64,000 bases of DNA, taken from the NCBI RefSeq assembly GCF_009914755.1, contig NC_060937.1; one strand, given 5' to 3'. Below the pieces are notes generated by a model. The model ran no database searches. It had not been told where the DNA came from and saw nothing but the letters and a program-made list of their open reading frames with translations. Source of the DNA: the human T2T-CHM13v2.0 reference genome, Homo sapiens. The translations under genes and the position numbers were made by a program. Positions 31,653 through 47,169 of this stretch are shown here, in pieces. How positions within the stretch are numbered: position 1 is the stretch's first letter; every line of letters starts with the position of its first letter.

Positions 31653-31949
31653 TTTTTTTTTCTTCTAGAGACAGGGTCTTGCTCTGTTGCCCAAACTGGA
31701 ATGCAGTGATGGAATCATAGCTCAGTGTAATCTCTACCTCCTGGGATCAAGAGATCCTTCCACCTCAGCCTCCAGACTAGTTGGGACTACAGGCATGCAC
31801 CACCATGCCCGGCTAATTTTAAGTTTTGTTATAGACATGGGGTCTTGCTGTATTGCCTAGGCTGGTCTTGCACTCCTACCCTCATGTGATCCTCCTGCCT
31901 TGGGCTCCTAAAATGCTGGGATTGCAGGCATGAGCCACTGTGCCTAGCT
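31653..31949 (-). mobile_element. AluJ
   Basis: TSD agatatgtaatctt. Confidence 0.88.
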
Positions 31950-32449
31950 GAGATATGTAATCTTGAAAAGGAAAAATGGGTTCCACTTTATATTAATCTG
32001 ATTGAAGAAATGATATAACCACAGAAATAATGCAAAGGAGAAAAGGGTACAAGAAAGTATGTAGCAACCAGAGGAGGGTAGGAGGAGCTCCAGCACAGAA
32101 GCCTAGGAAAGACTTGGCCATGCAATTATGGACCTTTAGATCTGGCTCTGTCCAGAAAAACTGTCCATTCGGGTCTCCCCCTACAGTGAAGACAAATGAA
32201 CCAGCTTCTCACACCACCTTGACAGTGGTCATTAAGATCATCCAAATTGCTCTGTGAATTCTATGTCCATGTCCACCAAGCAAGCTTCTGACAGTAATTC
32301 ATCTCTCATGAAAATTAGGCCACAAGAATATGTGCTAATCAGGGATCACCAGTATCTAGCTAATTGATATGAAAGTTATATTTTATAATTGTAAATTAAT
32401 ATATCAGTATCATATTTTTTGTATATTTGATTCTTATTGATTTGGTTAA

Positions 32450-33510
32450 TATCGGGGGAACCAGCCCCTGATAATTCAATGTAAGTTCTTTTCTGTTTTC
32501 CCTAGGTGTTGGCCAGATTGAGAAATAAAGGGAAAGAGTACGAAAGAGAGAAATTTTAAAGCTGGGTGTCCGGGGGAGACATCATATGTCAGCAGGTTCC
32601 GTGATGCCCCTCAAGCCACAAAACCAGCAAGTTTTTATTAGTGATTTTCAAAGGGGAGGGAGTGTATGGGTCACAGAGATCACATGCTTCACAAGGCAAT
32701 AAAATATCACAAGGCAAATGGGGGCAGAGCGAGATCACAGGACCAGGGCAAAATTAAAATTGCTAATGAAGTTTTGAGCACGCATTGTCATTGATAACAT
32801 CTTACCAGGAGACAGGGTTTGAGAGCAGAAAACCGGTCTGACTAAAATTTACTAGGCAGGAATTTCCTCATCCTAATAGGCCTGGGAGTGCTACGGGAGA
32901 CCGGGGCTTATTTCATCCCTTATCTGCAACCGTCTAAGACAGACACTCCCAGAGTGGCCATTTTAGAGACCTACCCCTGGGAATGCATTCTCTTTCTCAG
33001 GGCTGTTCCTTGCTGAGAAAAAGAATTCAGCGATATTTCTCCTATTTGCTTTTGTAAGAAGAGAAATATGGCTCTGTTCCACCCAGCTCTCAGGCCGTCA
33101 GACCTAATGGTTATCTCCCTTGTTCCCTGAACATCACTGTTATCCTGTTCTTTTTTCAAGGTGCCCAGATTTCATATTGTTTAAACACACATGCTTTACG
33201 AACAATTTGTGCAGTTAACGCAATCATCACAGGGTCCTGAGGCGACATACATCCTCAGCTTACAAAAATGACAGGATTAAGAGATAAAAGACAGGCATAG
33301 GAAATCATAAGAGTATTGATTAGGGAAGTGATAAATGTCTATGAAATCTTCACAATTTATGTTCAGATATTGCAGTAAAGACAGGCATAAGAAATTATAA
33401 AAGTATTAATTTGGGGAACTAATAAATGTCCATGAAATCTTCACAATTTATGTTCTTCTGCCATGGCTTCAGCCTGTCCCTCCATTCGGGGTCCCTGACT
33501 TCCCGCAACA
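32450..33510 (-). mobile_element. MER11 (HERV-K11/HML-8) solo LTR
   Basis: Reverse complement starts TGTTGCGGGAAGTCAGGGACCCCGAATGGAGG; 1061 bp; 6-bp TSD GGTTAA (32444-32449 / 33511-33516), typical of ERVK. Confidence 0.92.
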
Positions 33511-33954
33511 GGTTAACCTGATTCCGTACCCAAACCCCATCACATCAAGGGTAGCAATACCTGAATATCTAAACTTCTAAAGCAGAGAAATAAACCTGGA
33601 ACATGGTCACTCTACCAAGAAATTGTTACCAGACCTGTGTGGCTGGACACCTGATTCTCCCCTGGCAAATCTTCTATTTCATTCGGTCATCATCAATATT
33701 TTTTTCATTTTCAATTTTTAACAGTAGGCAGATATCTAAGTTTAACTGTCTCAAAGGTTTGATATATGACTTAGGGTTGTATATTATTCAGTGTTTATTT
33801 AAAAGAATAGAAAAGTCCAAAGACAGGTTCACAATAAGCAAAAATACATACATACATAAATAAGCTTGGAGACTTTTATAAGATTAAAATGAAGTTCTTA
33901 CAAATACTTAAATCAAAATGCAGCAGGAGTTATGACAGCAAAATCTTCAGTCTT

Positions 33955-34075
33955 ATTTTTAGAGACAGGGTCTCGCTATGTTGCCCAGACTGGACTTGAA
34001 CTTCTGGGCTCATGTGATCCTCCCACCTCAGCCTCTTGAGTAGCTGGAATTATGGATGCACACCACCATGCCCAT
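33955..34075 (-). mobile_element. Alu monomer (FLAM-like)
   Basis: Antisense monomer; aaaatct-cagt flanks. Confidence 0.8.
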
Positions 34076-34382
34076 CTGAAAATCTGCAGTATTGACACTG
34101 CACTCTATAATGCCCTTCCTTATTGTTCTCTTGACAGTATCCCCACTGTATATTTGTGAAGATGGCTGAATGTATTGAAGTAGATACTGCTTTTATAACG
34201 TCAAAGCCATTATAATGTCAAAGCCATAACCATAAGGTTATGGGACTGTTAACTGGTGGGTATCACAACCCTGTTTATGAGAAAAGCATTCAGAACTGCA
34301 TAGGGGAAGGTGTAGTGAAATATTTATTATAGGATATATCTTGGAGCTGGCATATTCCAAGATAGGCCATGGAATATGACTC

Positions 34383-34669
34383 TTTTTTTTGAGATGGAGT
34401 CTTGCCCTGTCACCCAGGCTGGAATGGAGTGGCATGATCTCGGCTCACTGCAACTTCCACCTCCCGGGTTCAAGCACTTTTCTGCCTCAGCCTACAGAGT
34501 AGCTGGGATTACAGGCACCTGCCACCATGCCTGGCTAATTTTTGTATTTTTAGTAGAGACAGGGTTCCACCATCTTGGCCAGGCTGGTCTTGAACTCCTG
34601 ACCTCGTGATCCACCCGCCTCAGCCTCCCAAAGTGTTGGGATTACAGGTGTGACCCACCACGCCTGGCC
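34383..34669 (-). mobile_element. AluS
   Basis: TSD ggaa(ta/cg)tgactctt. Confidence 0.9.
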
Positions 34670-35929
34670 AGGAACGTGACTCTTAGTAGTGCTTGTGACC
34701 AAAACCTACAGAAGAGAAAATGCAGTGTAATATAGAAGTAACCCTTAGAATGACTAATCCAGTTGGATAAAACTCTTCTCTGTTTCTGTACCTACAATGT
34801 GAGGGGATGGGAGGTGGGAAAAGTTTGGAAAGTACCTTATACTGGACCTTTTCTGTAGAACTCTCAATTTTTGTACTATTATCATTTGCTAATTTGACAT
34901 GAAATTTAAGCAACCAGCAATGAGGAAATACTTAGACTGTAACAGAGCTCTTCAGAGTTCTTTGTTTTGCAACAATCACCTTTCAAAACTTCCCTAACAA
35001 CTTGGACAGACAAACCCAGTCGAATTTACAGATGCTTGTGGAAAGGTTAGAGAATTTGAAAGAAATAAAAAAGAGTTGGGAGTGAATATGTGTGTCTTAC
35101 TGCTTTGGTTTTGTTTCCTAGCATTTATTGGTTCAAATAGATTTGTTGCTTTGCTGACTCTCTGCTATCTTCATAAAAGATAAGAAAACCTCTCAGCGTC
35201 CCTCTATAGTGTGAGAAACATGATTTATAATAACATTATTTCATAATTGAAAGTATTGTTTCGTTGTCTGGGAAAATGAGCGCATCAGAATTAACTTGTA
35301 GTTTTAGAGGCCAGTGGGTTGCTATAACAACCAGAAAAACAATGGTGTAATAACACCTCTCCCTGAAAGCTGGAGAACTCACTAAATGACGAGAGCTACA
35401 GATGCAAGCGTTTGTCATATGAATTCAAACAAGAACCAAATACATTCATTTATTTCTTTCATGAGCACTGACTCCATGCCTGGCACTATGCTAGGAACTG
35501 GTGAAATAGACGTGGTCCCTCCTGTGATGGAGTGAACAATCTAATGGAGAAGACCGATAATAAACAGTTTAAAAAAAAAGATAAATGGAATAATTTCAGC
35601 ATGTTTAAGGCCCTTTGGTAGAGAAAGCATTGTTCTCTGATACTGGACAAGCAGAGAAGGGTTGCTCCAGTATGGGACATGGAGAAGCACCTGGTCATAT
35701 CATAAATCTTGCCTTTAAGGCTATATGAGCTCTAGTAAAGTGAAGGAAAAAAAGAATGGAGTCTTACAGTCTTTATTAGTAAAAATAATTTAAGGGAAGA
35801 AACTGCTAACTGAAGCATGATCATTTTTTACTAGAAGGGTTTAACACGTAAATTCCCAGAATTCTTGAATTAGGAGGATTCAACATTAAAATAAGAGTTA
35901 TTTGTGTGTTTTAAAACAGTATTGTTTTG

Positions 35930-36215
35930 GGCCAGGCGCGGTGGCTCACACCTATAATCCCAACACTTTGGGAGGCCGGGAGGCCAAGGCAAGTGGATCA
36001 CCTGAGGTCAAGAGTCCGAGACCAGCCTGGCCAACATGGTGAAACCCCATCTCTACTAAAAATACAAAAATTAGTCGAGCGTGGTGGCACATGACTGTAG
36101 TCCCAGCTACTCGGGGGGCTGAGGCGGGGCAATCGCTTTAACCCAGGAGGCAGAGGTTGCAGTGAGCCGAGATTGCGTCACTGCACTCCAGCCTGGGTGA
36201 CAGAAAAAAAAAAAA
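35930..36215 (+). mobile_element. AluS
   Basis: TSD agtattgtttt; internal gggaggcc duplication. Confidence 0.9.
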
Positions 36216-36361
36216 GTATTGTTTTATTTCAGCTTTACTCATAATAGCCAAAAACTGGAAACAAGCAAATAAAACCAAATGTCCTTCAGTGGATGAATGA
36301 TTAAACAAACTGTGTTATATACATACCATGGAATACTCTGGCAATAAAAAGGAAATGAACT

Positions 36362-37590
36362 TTTTTTTAAGAATAAAAGCTTTATTGAGATATAATTCAC
36401 ATACCATAAAGTTCATCTTTTTAAAGTTTAAAGTTCAGTTGTTTTTAGAACACTGACAATACAAACACTACTTAGATAATTGTGCAAAAATCACCAGTAA
36501 TTCCAAAACACTGTCATTACTCCCAAAAGAATCTCCATATCTATTAGCATTACCATATCTATTAGCATTACTCCCCATTTCCACCTTATTGTCCATATGT
36601 TCACGCCCCAGACCTAAGCAATCCTTAATCTATTCTCTGTCTCTATGGATTTGCTGATTCTGAATCTCTCATATAAATGGAATCACACAATATGTTTCCT
36701 TCTGTTTCTGGCTTCTTTAGCTTAATATGCTCAAGAGTCATCTCTGTTATAGCATGCATCAGAACTCTATTTTTTTATGGATAAATAAGATTCCATTGCA
36801 CTGATATTGACCTTTTGCTCATCTATTTGTCAGTTGATGAGCATTCGGGTTTTTCCTCCTTTTTGTCGGTTATGAATAATGCTGCTATGAACATTAGTGT
36901 ACCAGTTTTTTCTGTACATATGTTTCCAGTTCTCTTGGTTATGTACCTAGGAGTGGAATTGCTGAGTCATATGGTATCTCTGTTAACTTTCTGAGGAACA
37001 GAAAACTGTTTTCCAAAGCCATTGTACCATTTTACACTCCTACCAGCAGGTATGAGGATTTCAGTTTTTCCACATCCTTGCCATCCTTGCTTTTGTCTTT
37101 TTTTGAATTTTCATGTCAAAGGGGTAATGTTCCAATGAGGTCATAACAAGGCTTGGGGAAGGCACATTTCACACATGCACGTGAAACCCCAGTCATCACG
37201 CTTATAAACTACAAAAGGATCTGCTTTTGCTTTTTATTATAGCCATCCAAGTAGGTGTAAAGTGGTATTTCCTTGTGGTTTCATTTGTATTTCCCTAATG
37301 TGTTGAGTATCTTTTCATGTGCTTGTTGGTCATTTGTCTATCTTGTTTGAAGCAATGTCTGTTCAAATCTTTTCTCAATTTTTCAGTTGGGTTATTTGTC
37401 TTTTTATTGTTGAATTGTATCAGTTCTTTACATATTCTAGACACATGTCCCTTATCAGATATATGATTTGCAAATATTTTCTCCCGGTGTGTGAGTTGTT
37501 TTTTTACTTTTTTTTCACTCACATTATGTATGTTGATGTTATGATTTGAAGCACAAAAGTTTCATTTTGGTTAAGTCTAATTTCTTTTGT
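36362..37590 (-). mobile_element. L1MB-like segment
   Basis: gctttattgagatataattcacatacc 3' end; track peptide [19 protein letters not shown] matches L1 ORF2. Confidence 0.8.
37114..37220 (-). pseudogene. U13 snoRNA (SNORD13) retrocopy inserted in L1
   Basis: Reverse complement ATCCTTTTGTAGTTTATAAGCGTGATGAC...CCTTGTTATGAC...ACATTACCCCTTTGACA matches U13; box C GTGATGA kept, box D CTGA>TTGA; A-rich tail and TGCTTTTG flanking repeat. Confidence 0.85.
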
Positions 37591-38174
37591 TGAACTACTG
37601 ATTGTTTTTTAAGAAATAAATGCCCTGTACATCAAGCTGTATACAGAGTGTACTCTGAAATAGGTCAAATTAAAAGAAGTCCTGATTATGGAGATTTTCA
37701 GTGAGCTGTTAGGTCAACTCGTGGTTAATTCTCTGGGAATGAGCCTTTTTGGGCTTCAAATCTGTTCTTTTCTCTCCAGTGGCTGCTAAGCTCTACTTTC
37801 CACAACTACTATAAATGTGAAGCTATTGAGTTTCAAGGCTTCCATGGAACTGGGGAGAGGTGTATAGGATTAGAGCAAGTTAAAACACTATAGGCTTTCC
37901 GTTCTTACTGAGATTCAGCTGTTTTTCTTAGGTAAACATTCCTTGGAATGTGGCAAGCTTTTGTTAATTTCCACAATTCTAATAAGTTTATGTCAACAGC
38001 TTTTGCTAATGTCCTCATTGCTTTTATGGAGGAGCAGATTTTCGGTGTGACATTACTGTACCATTTGGAATGTCTACTGATATACACGATAACTTGGATA
38101 AATCTCAAGAGAATTATGCTGAGTGAAAACATGATCTCAAAAGATTAAATACAGTATGATTCCATTTATATAAC

Positions 38175-38460
38175 TTTTTTTTCTTTGAGATAGGGTCTTG
38201 CTCTGTCGCCCAGGCTGCAGTGCAGCAGCACAGTCATAGCTCACTGTAACCTCAAACTCCTGGGCTCAAGTGATCCTTCTGTCTCGACCTCCCGAGTAGC
38301 TAGAATTACAGCCACCACACCTGGCTAATTAAAAATTTTTTTTGTAGAGATGTGGTCTTGCTATGTTGCCCAGGCTGGTTTGAAACTCCTGACCACACAT
38401 GATCCTGCTGCCTCAACCTTCCAAAGCACTGGGATTACAGGCATAAGTCACCATGCCCAC
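38175..38460 (-). mobile_element. AluJ
   Basis: Antisense Alu. Confidence 0.85.
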
Positions 38461-38491
38461 CCTATATAACAAATTTAAAATGACAAAATTA

Positions 38492-38877
<386 letters not shown>

Positions 38878-39705
38878 GCATGGCACAAAGGATATTTGTA
38901 ATAGAACTATTTTATATCTTGACTGTGTTGATGTTCTCATGAATCTACATGTTAATAAACTTCATAGATTTAAATATACACACACCAAACGCATGCATGT
39001 AAAAGTGGTAAAATGTGAATTTTAATGATTTGTATCAATGTCATTTTCTTGGTTGTGATATTTTACTATAGTTGTGCAAAGTGTTACCATTGGGAAAAAC
39101 AAGTGAAGGATATACAGGATCTCTCTGTATTATTTCTCACAACTGCATGTGAATTTACAATAATCTCAAATTTTTGTTTGTAAAACAAAAAGGAGTATCA
39201 TAGCTCATAATAGAAATTATATAAGGAAAATTATATTACATAATTGAGAGAAGCAATTCAAAATATTCTCTGGCAGCTGTTTTGAGGTTTTTATAAACAC
39301 AAAATGATACTGTAAATATATATTGAATATATTAATACTAGGATTCCCTGATTAAGATAGCACAAGAACTGAGTGAGCAACTAAGTTCTGAATAGATGAT
39401 TATGGCTAATGAGGTGGGCTTCAATAGAAGGGCAGATAAGTACATTACTCCATATACCACTGCAAAAATGATTCAGGCACAGAAAATGCTCTGTAGCCTA
39501 ACTTTTGTGAGGTACCCCTTCCTAAAACATTCATATATGTGATTCATTTAAAATAGAATTGCAGAATCATAGGTGTTTCAACAAGTATAGGCATGAATGA
39601 TTCTGTAATAAGCTAAACAAGACAAAGCTCCACCAAGATGCTTGGAACATGCTAGAACTGAGTTAAAACTGAATATGGTATATTTCTTATCCCTCATATA
39701 ACTAA

Positions 39706-40041
<336 letters not shown>

Positions 40042-40331
40042 TAAAAATGGCATATTCTGGTGTCTAATATCTAATCTGAAGAAATTTCAAGGTACCACTC
40101 ATAAAATGTGTCCCCAGCATCCTATTATTCCAAAGACTTCAACTTAATTTTGTCATATTTACTTTCAAGGCAAAATGGAACCCTTCTATGTTGATAAAAT
40201 GTTTTATATATGGTAAGATTTGAGGACTTTACATATTTAGAGGAATTCTTGTTTTAGATATATTATTAGTATGTCTTCATCAAAAAGATGTGAAATCCGT
40301 TAAAGCCCCACCTCCACAGATCTCATTTTAA

Positions 40332-40753
<422 letters not shown>

Positions 40754-41420
40754 TGAACTGGATACACAGCTATTAAGAGTCCTTGGTATTTCAGATATCT
40801 CAAGCATTATTATCAGCATGGTAACTTTAAGGTTGATTCCAGGTATAATTAAATATCTCATGATAGTAAACGCACAAAGGCTTTTGAAAAGTTTAGATTG
40901 CATTTTGAAATAAATATGATGTGATATCTTTAAATTTTTACTGTAATACTGTGCAAATTGTTTAGATTTAGAAATGATTTTATTGCTCCTTAAGCATTCA
41001 TTCAATTCTTATTCAGGGAATACACAGAACATAGGTAGTATTTGGGAAGGTACATCTTATTATTACCTTGATATAATTATATCATAACTGTGAATTTAAA
41101 TATAAAAATAATTTAATATTTATTAAATTAGCTAAATGCTCTCATTGAGATTATCTGAACTGACATGGTCAAAATAAAATACAAAAAAATATAAATACTA
41201 AATAGAATACTAAAATATAAGCATAATATAACACTAAAAATAATACTGTGTTTTAATACTTTAAAACTTATCATCACTGAAGGGTTTGATTGGGTTTTGT
41301 TTTCAGTTAAAGCCAATTTTTCACACTCCTTCTCCATTGTTCTAAGATGACTTTTAGTTGGGCCGTCTCTTGATTCAGAGTTCTGAGTAAAGAGTCAGAA
41401 ATTCCAGACCACGTGCCCTA

Positions 41421-41627
<207 letters not shown>

Positions 41628-41802
41628 TTACTTTCTGAGTCCTGTTTGAGGTAGTGCTATTCAGCAGGCAAGAGTGTGTACTAGAAAGTGCTTTAAGAGA
41701 TAGGAAACACAGTTCTAATTCCAGTTTTATGAATAACTAGCAGTACAAGCCTTGGTAAATTATTTAAAGTTCCTTGGGTTTATATAAGAAAACTGGGCTC
41801 TA

Positions 41803-41898
41803 CCAGGGAGGTTGAGGCTTCAGTGAGCTGTGATCACACCACTAGACACCAGCCTGGGCAACAGAGTGAGACCCTGTCTCAATTAAAAAATAAAAAAA
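41803..41898 (+). mobile_element. 5'-truncated Alu (right-arm end)
   Basis: TSD aagaaaa(c/t)tgggctcta. Confidence 0.8.
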
Positions 41899-42959
41899 GA
41901 AAATTGGGCTCTAATATTCATGATTCTAACTGACAAAAAATTAAGAATCAACTTATGATGAAGAACAATATACAGAAATTCAGGCCACTAAAGGATTATG
42001 TAAAAACATAAATTTATATTATATATATCTTACATTGTTAAGATCTAGAATATGAGCGGTTCTATTTTACAGTAACACTTCCAATATTAAATGTTTTTTC
42101 AACTGTGTTCAAGGCTCTTTGATTAGTGTTATGAGGGCTATAAAGATGAAATAAACCTTATCCCCTGATCTCAGGAAGCTTACCAGTTAGTAGGTTCACC
42201 CTCTCTTCAAGCACCCTTGCCCATGGGGGTCCCCTTTCAGCAGAAATTCTTGCATTCTAATTCAAAGAAAGAAAACATTAGAGGTATAAGCTACCTGATG
42301 TCCAAAGCCATACCCAGAAATTCATCTCCATCTATATCAACCTTTCCCTTCTGCCATAGCTGTAGCTTAATCAGAGGTGGGCCAAAGGCCTGTGATATGG
42401 GACACCAAATACATCTACTAATGTCTCCAAATCAAGACTCCCGTGTTCCCAAATCCATTAAACAGCAGCACCATCCATTTAGTCAACTGTGATGGAGATT
42501 GCTAATTGTGCCCTCATCCATTCTCCTTCCTTTTAGTAATAGAGCTTTTGGGATATGGGATAAGTGAGAAGGCTAAGCCAGTAAGTTCCCAGAGGAGAAG
42601 GCAAGGGGATTGGAAAAAGTTTAGGGATTAAGGGAGAGAACCCTGGGCACCTTGGAGGCTTAATTTCTGCCACTCCTAGGAATACTAGACCTAATAGCAA
42701 AAATATGAGGCAAGTTTGTGTCTCTCTGTGTTAAAGGTATGCAGGGGCCCATTTGTTTATTAAAAAATCATTATTCAGCATGATATGAAATTTAACTTTT
42801 GGCTGTGAATTTATTGTGGAAGGATAATTGTAGGGATATCTGAAATGACCATGATAACAGTAATGCCTGCATGACATTGTGAACCACCTGAATCTGAATA
42901 CAGAAAACCGAACATGTTTATATTAAAATATATTCATTTATTAACACTATTTATTAATA

Positions 42960-43375
42960 GAGCTCCGTGAGTTTTAGCAAGGCACATCCATTTAGTGACA
43001 ATATTTCCCAGTTCATCTTGCAACTGGGCATGGTGATATGATTAAGTTCTCCCCAATAAAAAAAATGGCAAAAGTGATGTAAACGTCCTTTAAAATGAAA
43101 AGATTTTTTGCCTTCCATTTCCTCTTTCCCCTTTTTCACAGGCTGAAAACACAGATACAATTCTGGTGAATGTGCTTTGCTCATGAGGACAGACAACTCA
43201 CTGGGGGTTGGGAGGATAAACGATAAAAGAACCTGGGCCTGTGAACAACCCCATGGGGCAGAACTAGTCTGCAATGCCTGGCTGTTCACTTCTGGACTGA
43301 ATGTATATACAAAATGGTTTCTACCTTACATTCCAGGGCCTCTTTGATATGGAAGTTTGGCCTGTACTCTAACAC
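42960..43375 (+). mobile_element. Old MLT1-type MaLR LTR remnant
   Basis: atatttcccagttcatcttgcaactgggcatggtgatatgattaagttct signature. Confidence 0.45.
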
Positions 43376-44179
43376 AACATCCAAGCAAGAAACGGGAAAT
43401 CACTTTAGTCATACTCCCTACAGCTCCCTCATCTCCAAACATACAATTTTAGGTCCAGATCAATTTAACTGACTTATCTGTTCCTTCCTCATCAATTCCA
43501 TAACTACTCCCCCTGTTGAGAACCACATTATGTCACTGTCTGGACTACAACAACACATCCCTTTAAATGTTCTTCTTGCTGCCACAATCTTGCACTGTCA
43601 GTACATCCAGAAGGGTCTCAATAAAACAAATCCGATTTTGTCAAATCCCTATTTTAAAATTCTCAATGAATTCACATTGTATGCAAAAAAAATCAAAAAG
43701 TCCAAACTCCTTGACGGCATATAAGACCTTCAAGAGCTGATGCCTACCAACTTTTCCAGCTTGTTCTTATGCCAAGCTTCCCCTTCCATCCTAGGATCAG
43801 GTTACATCAAAATACATGCTGTACTCTGAACATTCCCACCTTTGCAACTCTGCAGTCTCTGTAGAATCTGCCACAATAGGAACTATAACCTTTATTGAGG
43901 TTATTTGCTTACCTATTGGTTTTCCTCAACATTTCCCAACTTCATCTCTTACAAGCGATCAGAGTCCTAGAACCCACAGGGAATTTTCTGCCAGAGAATA
44001 CATAAAATATTGCCACTTTCCACTGGATTTTTAAAAAAGTTATTACTATCTAAATTACTAATATAAAGAGAGAAGCATACCAATGGGGTTTCTAAGTTGG
44101 TACACTGCAGTTCTTGGGACTCCTGGCAGTCATTTTAGCTGTCAGGTGATAAAAATCTAGCCTGACAGATGATGTAGTA

Positions 44180-44605
44180 GAGATTGCTGTTTGTATCCCA
44201 ATGTTCTTTCTCAGCGTTCTTCAAGAAGGAACCACTGAATTTTAACTGGATACATGTTGACAGAATAAAGACTACCTTTTCCTTGCAGCTAGGTGTGGCC
44301 ATGTAGTTAAGATTTGGCCAATGTCATGTGACCAGAAGTGATATGTACAATTTCCCTTACAGAACAGGGTCATGCCCTTCCAACATCCCATCCTGATGGC
44401 TGGAATATGGACATGAGGGTGAACCACCTTGGACCATGTGAAACAGGGTAACACCCCAAGGGCAGTAGAACAGGAAGACAACAAGCCTGGGTCTCAGATA
44501 ACTTTGTAGCTCAGGATCCACATAAAAGATTGGACTGTTATATGAGAAATCCTTTTAAAGATCTATAAGGTCTCTCTTGCATACAACCAACTTATGTGCT
44601 AACTA
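44180..44605 (+). mobile_element. Old MLT1(H-J)-type MaLR LTR
   Basis: ccttgcagctaggtgtggccatgtagttaagatttggccaatg signature. Confidence 0.55.
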
Positions 44606-44786
44606 ATGTATAAAGTGAGAGAAAACCTCATCCTATGACATATTCTCTGTACTAATAAAGCCTTGAAGACATTGACACTCTGGATCAGGCTGTGCCTTGA
44701 GGTGAGAACCATTGCTATTTGCTAGGTTCCCCAAAATTAACGAATAATTTGTCCCTAAAAGAATATTCTTAAAATATGGTGGGTCT

Positions 44787-44901
44787 GGCTGGGTGCGGTG
44801 GCTCACACCTGTAATCCCAGCACTTTGGGAGGCCAAGGTGGATGGATTACGAGGTTAGGAGTTCGAGACCAGCCTGGCTAACACGGTGAAACCCCATCTC
44901 T
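44787..44901 (+). mobile_element. Alu left-arm fragment
   Basis: Stops at aaccccatctct. Confidence 0.8.
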
Positions 44902-46007
44902 CCATTGGAGAGACTCCCCACAGAGTAGGAGAAAATGTCTCAGATATGGAGAGAATAATATGCAACAATATCTGTTCCCTGCCTGCCCTGTGCCTTGGAC
45001 CATGTTGAATCCACAAGGGTAAAGTGAGAAACAGAAGCTGTTGGCAAAGGTCTAGGTGACAAAATAGCCCAGAGTTAAGAAAAGGGCATAAAACCTATTG
45101 CCTATAAGGTACTCCTCTAAAATTTGGCAACTTCTCTGAATGGTACCTTTTTGTTGTTATTTTTCATTTAAAAACTGTCTTGTATCTAATCAACTCTATG
45201 GTTCTCAAATAGATTATCAATTAATTCTCTTGGGATTGCTAGTCACCTTTTCTATAATTTTGCCTCCTAATACTTTCTGCTTTATTATATTTGCTGTAAC
45301 AAATATTCTTTTAAAATTAGTTGTAAAGATGAAACAGTGTTGAAGTTTCAAATAGATATGGGAAGTAGAGATTTGATGAAAGGATATTTACATTCTGGTG
45401 ATCAGATTTTTGGATTTCAAAGACCAGTCAATTTTCTTTTAGTGTTTAGGGGACTGATATAAGGCTGAAACATTTTTACATTTCCAATTTATGAACAATA
45501 AAACAAATAGAATAATTTTTATCTTACAGCTCATTCATTGTGTTTTATAGTTTTTCACTTCAGCACAAATTGGTAAAAATAACATCAGGCAAAGCACTGG
45601 TTCCTGGTTTAATGAGCAGGGTTTAAAAAATTGATTATATTTTTTGACTACATTTACTATAGATCCCTTTCAGGTAGATGCACTTTTCCAACCATTTGTT
45701 TTCCTATTTATGAAGAGACAATGAACTTTTGCTACTAAGATATATTTCTAGTAATGAGCCATGGTGCCAGTAGTTTGAAACATCTGAACCACGTATTTTG
45801 CTTTAAATCCTAATATATACATAGCCTTCTTGGACAATAATCGTTATCACTTACATTTGTATAACACGTAAGTTTCAAAGCTTTCATATACACTAGTGCA
45901 CTTTATCCTTTGAATAGTTTACATTTCGTTACTCATTCTTGCATTACTCATCATGAGGAAATTAGAATTTCAGAAATGTCAACTTTGCCTTCATTCTGAG
46001 GTACTAA

Positions 46008-46360
<353 letters not shown>

Positions 46361-47169
46361 CGTATATTATTTCTTTCGCCCTATTTTGGGAATTACTCTT
46401 TCACCCTACAAACATTTGAGCTATGTGTCTTGTGAAAAATGCAAATTTCTTTTTGTAGATATGTTCTTGAGACCTTGTCACAAGAGTTTTTACCCTGGGT
46501 GTGTGGATGAACTTCAGAAATGTCATTATACCCTTAAAATTATGAAATTATGAACATATGAATTTTCCTGAAGAATGGGTCAAAAGTTTTCATCATATTC
46601 TCTATTAAGATCCAGGCACCAAAACAGAACAACACTGCTCAACTAGAGGAGATATGAGGGGCTATTATAACTTAATCCTAAAACTAAATTTAAACAAGTT
46701 ATTTGCTAAATTAGTCTTCTATTTTACCTTTTTGAAAACACCAGTATTACTTACTGTTGAATTTAAAAACATGAAATAAAACTAAATCTTACCAATGGCA
46801 GTCCTACAAATGACATTATAGAAAGCATTTGCTAAACGATGTGCTGATTAATTGGAAAACTTAGAAAAGGGTTCTTGTCATGAAGATATTTCAACACTGC
46901 TAGTTCACTGCACAGCAAGAATTTTGTACATTTAGCAGAACCATTGAATTAGAAAGTCAGGAAACCTGGGTTCTAGTACCAGTTTTATTTATAACTAACC
47001 ATGTACAAATCACTTATCTATAAAATAATGGTTAACATCTACTCCTTAATTCACAAATAGATCACAAAACCAAGATCCTTCCCAAGAAAACCTTACTGTA
47101 AACCAAGACATTCCCACTATTTAGACTAGGTTTTAACTCAAAGGTTAAGAACTCAAAGGTTGAGAAAGA

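Noticed and set aside
32030-32340. Apparently unique, more GC-balanced segment with a 75-aa ORF
   Set aside because: No recognisable protein or repeat similarity; lncRNA exons cannot be called from sequence alone.
36535-36570. 18-bp tandem duplication CCATATCTATTAGCATTA
   Set aside because: Ordinary slippage duplication inside an old L1.
47135-47164. 15-bp tandem AACTCAAAGGTT(A/G)AG near the distal KBTBD7 poly(A) signal
   Set aside because: Two copies only; likely slippage, no evidence of function.
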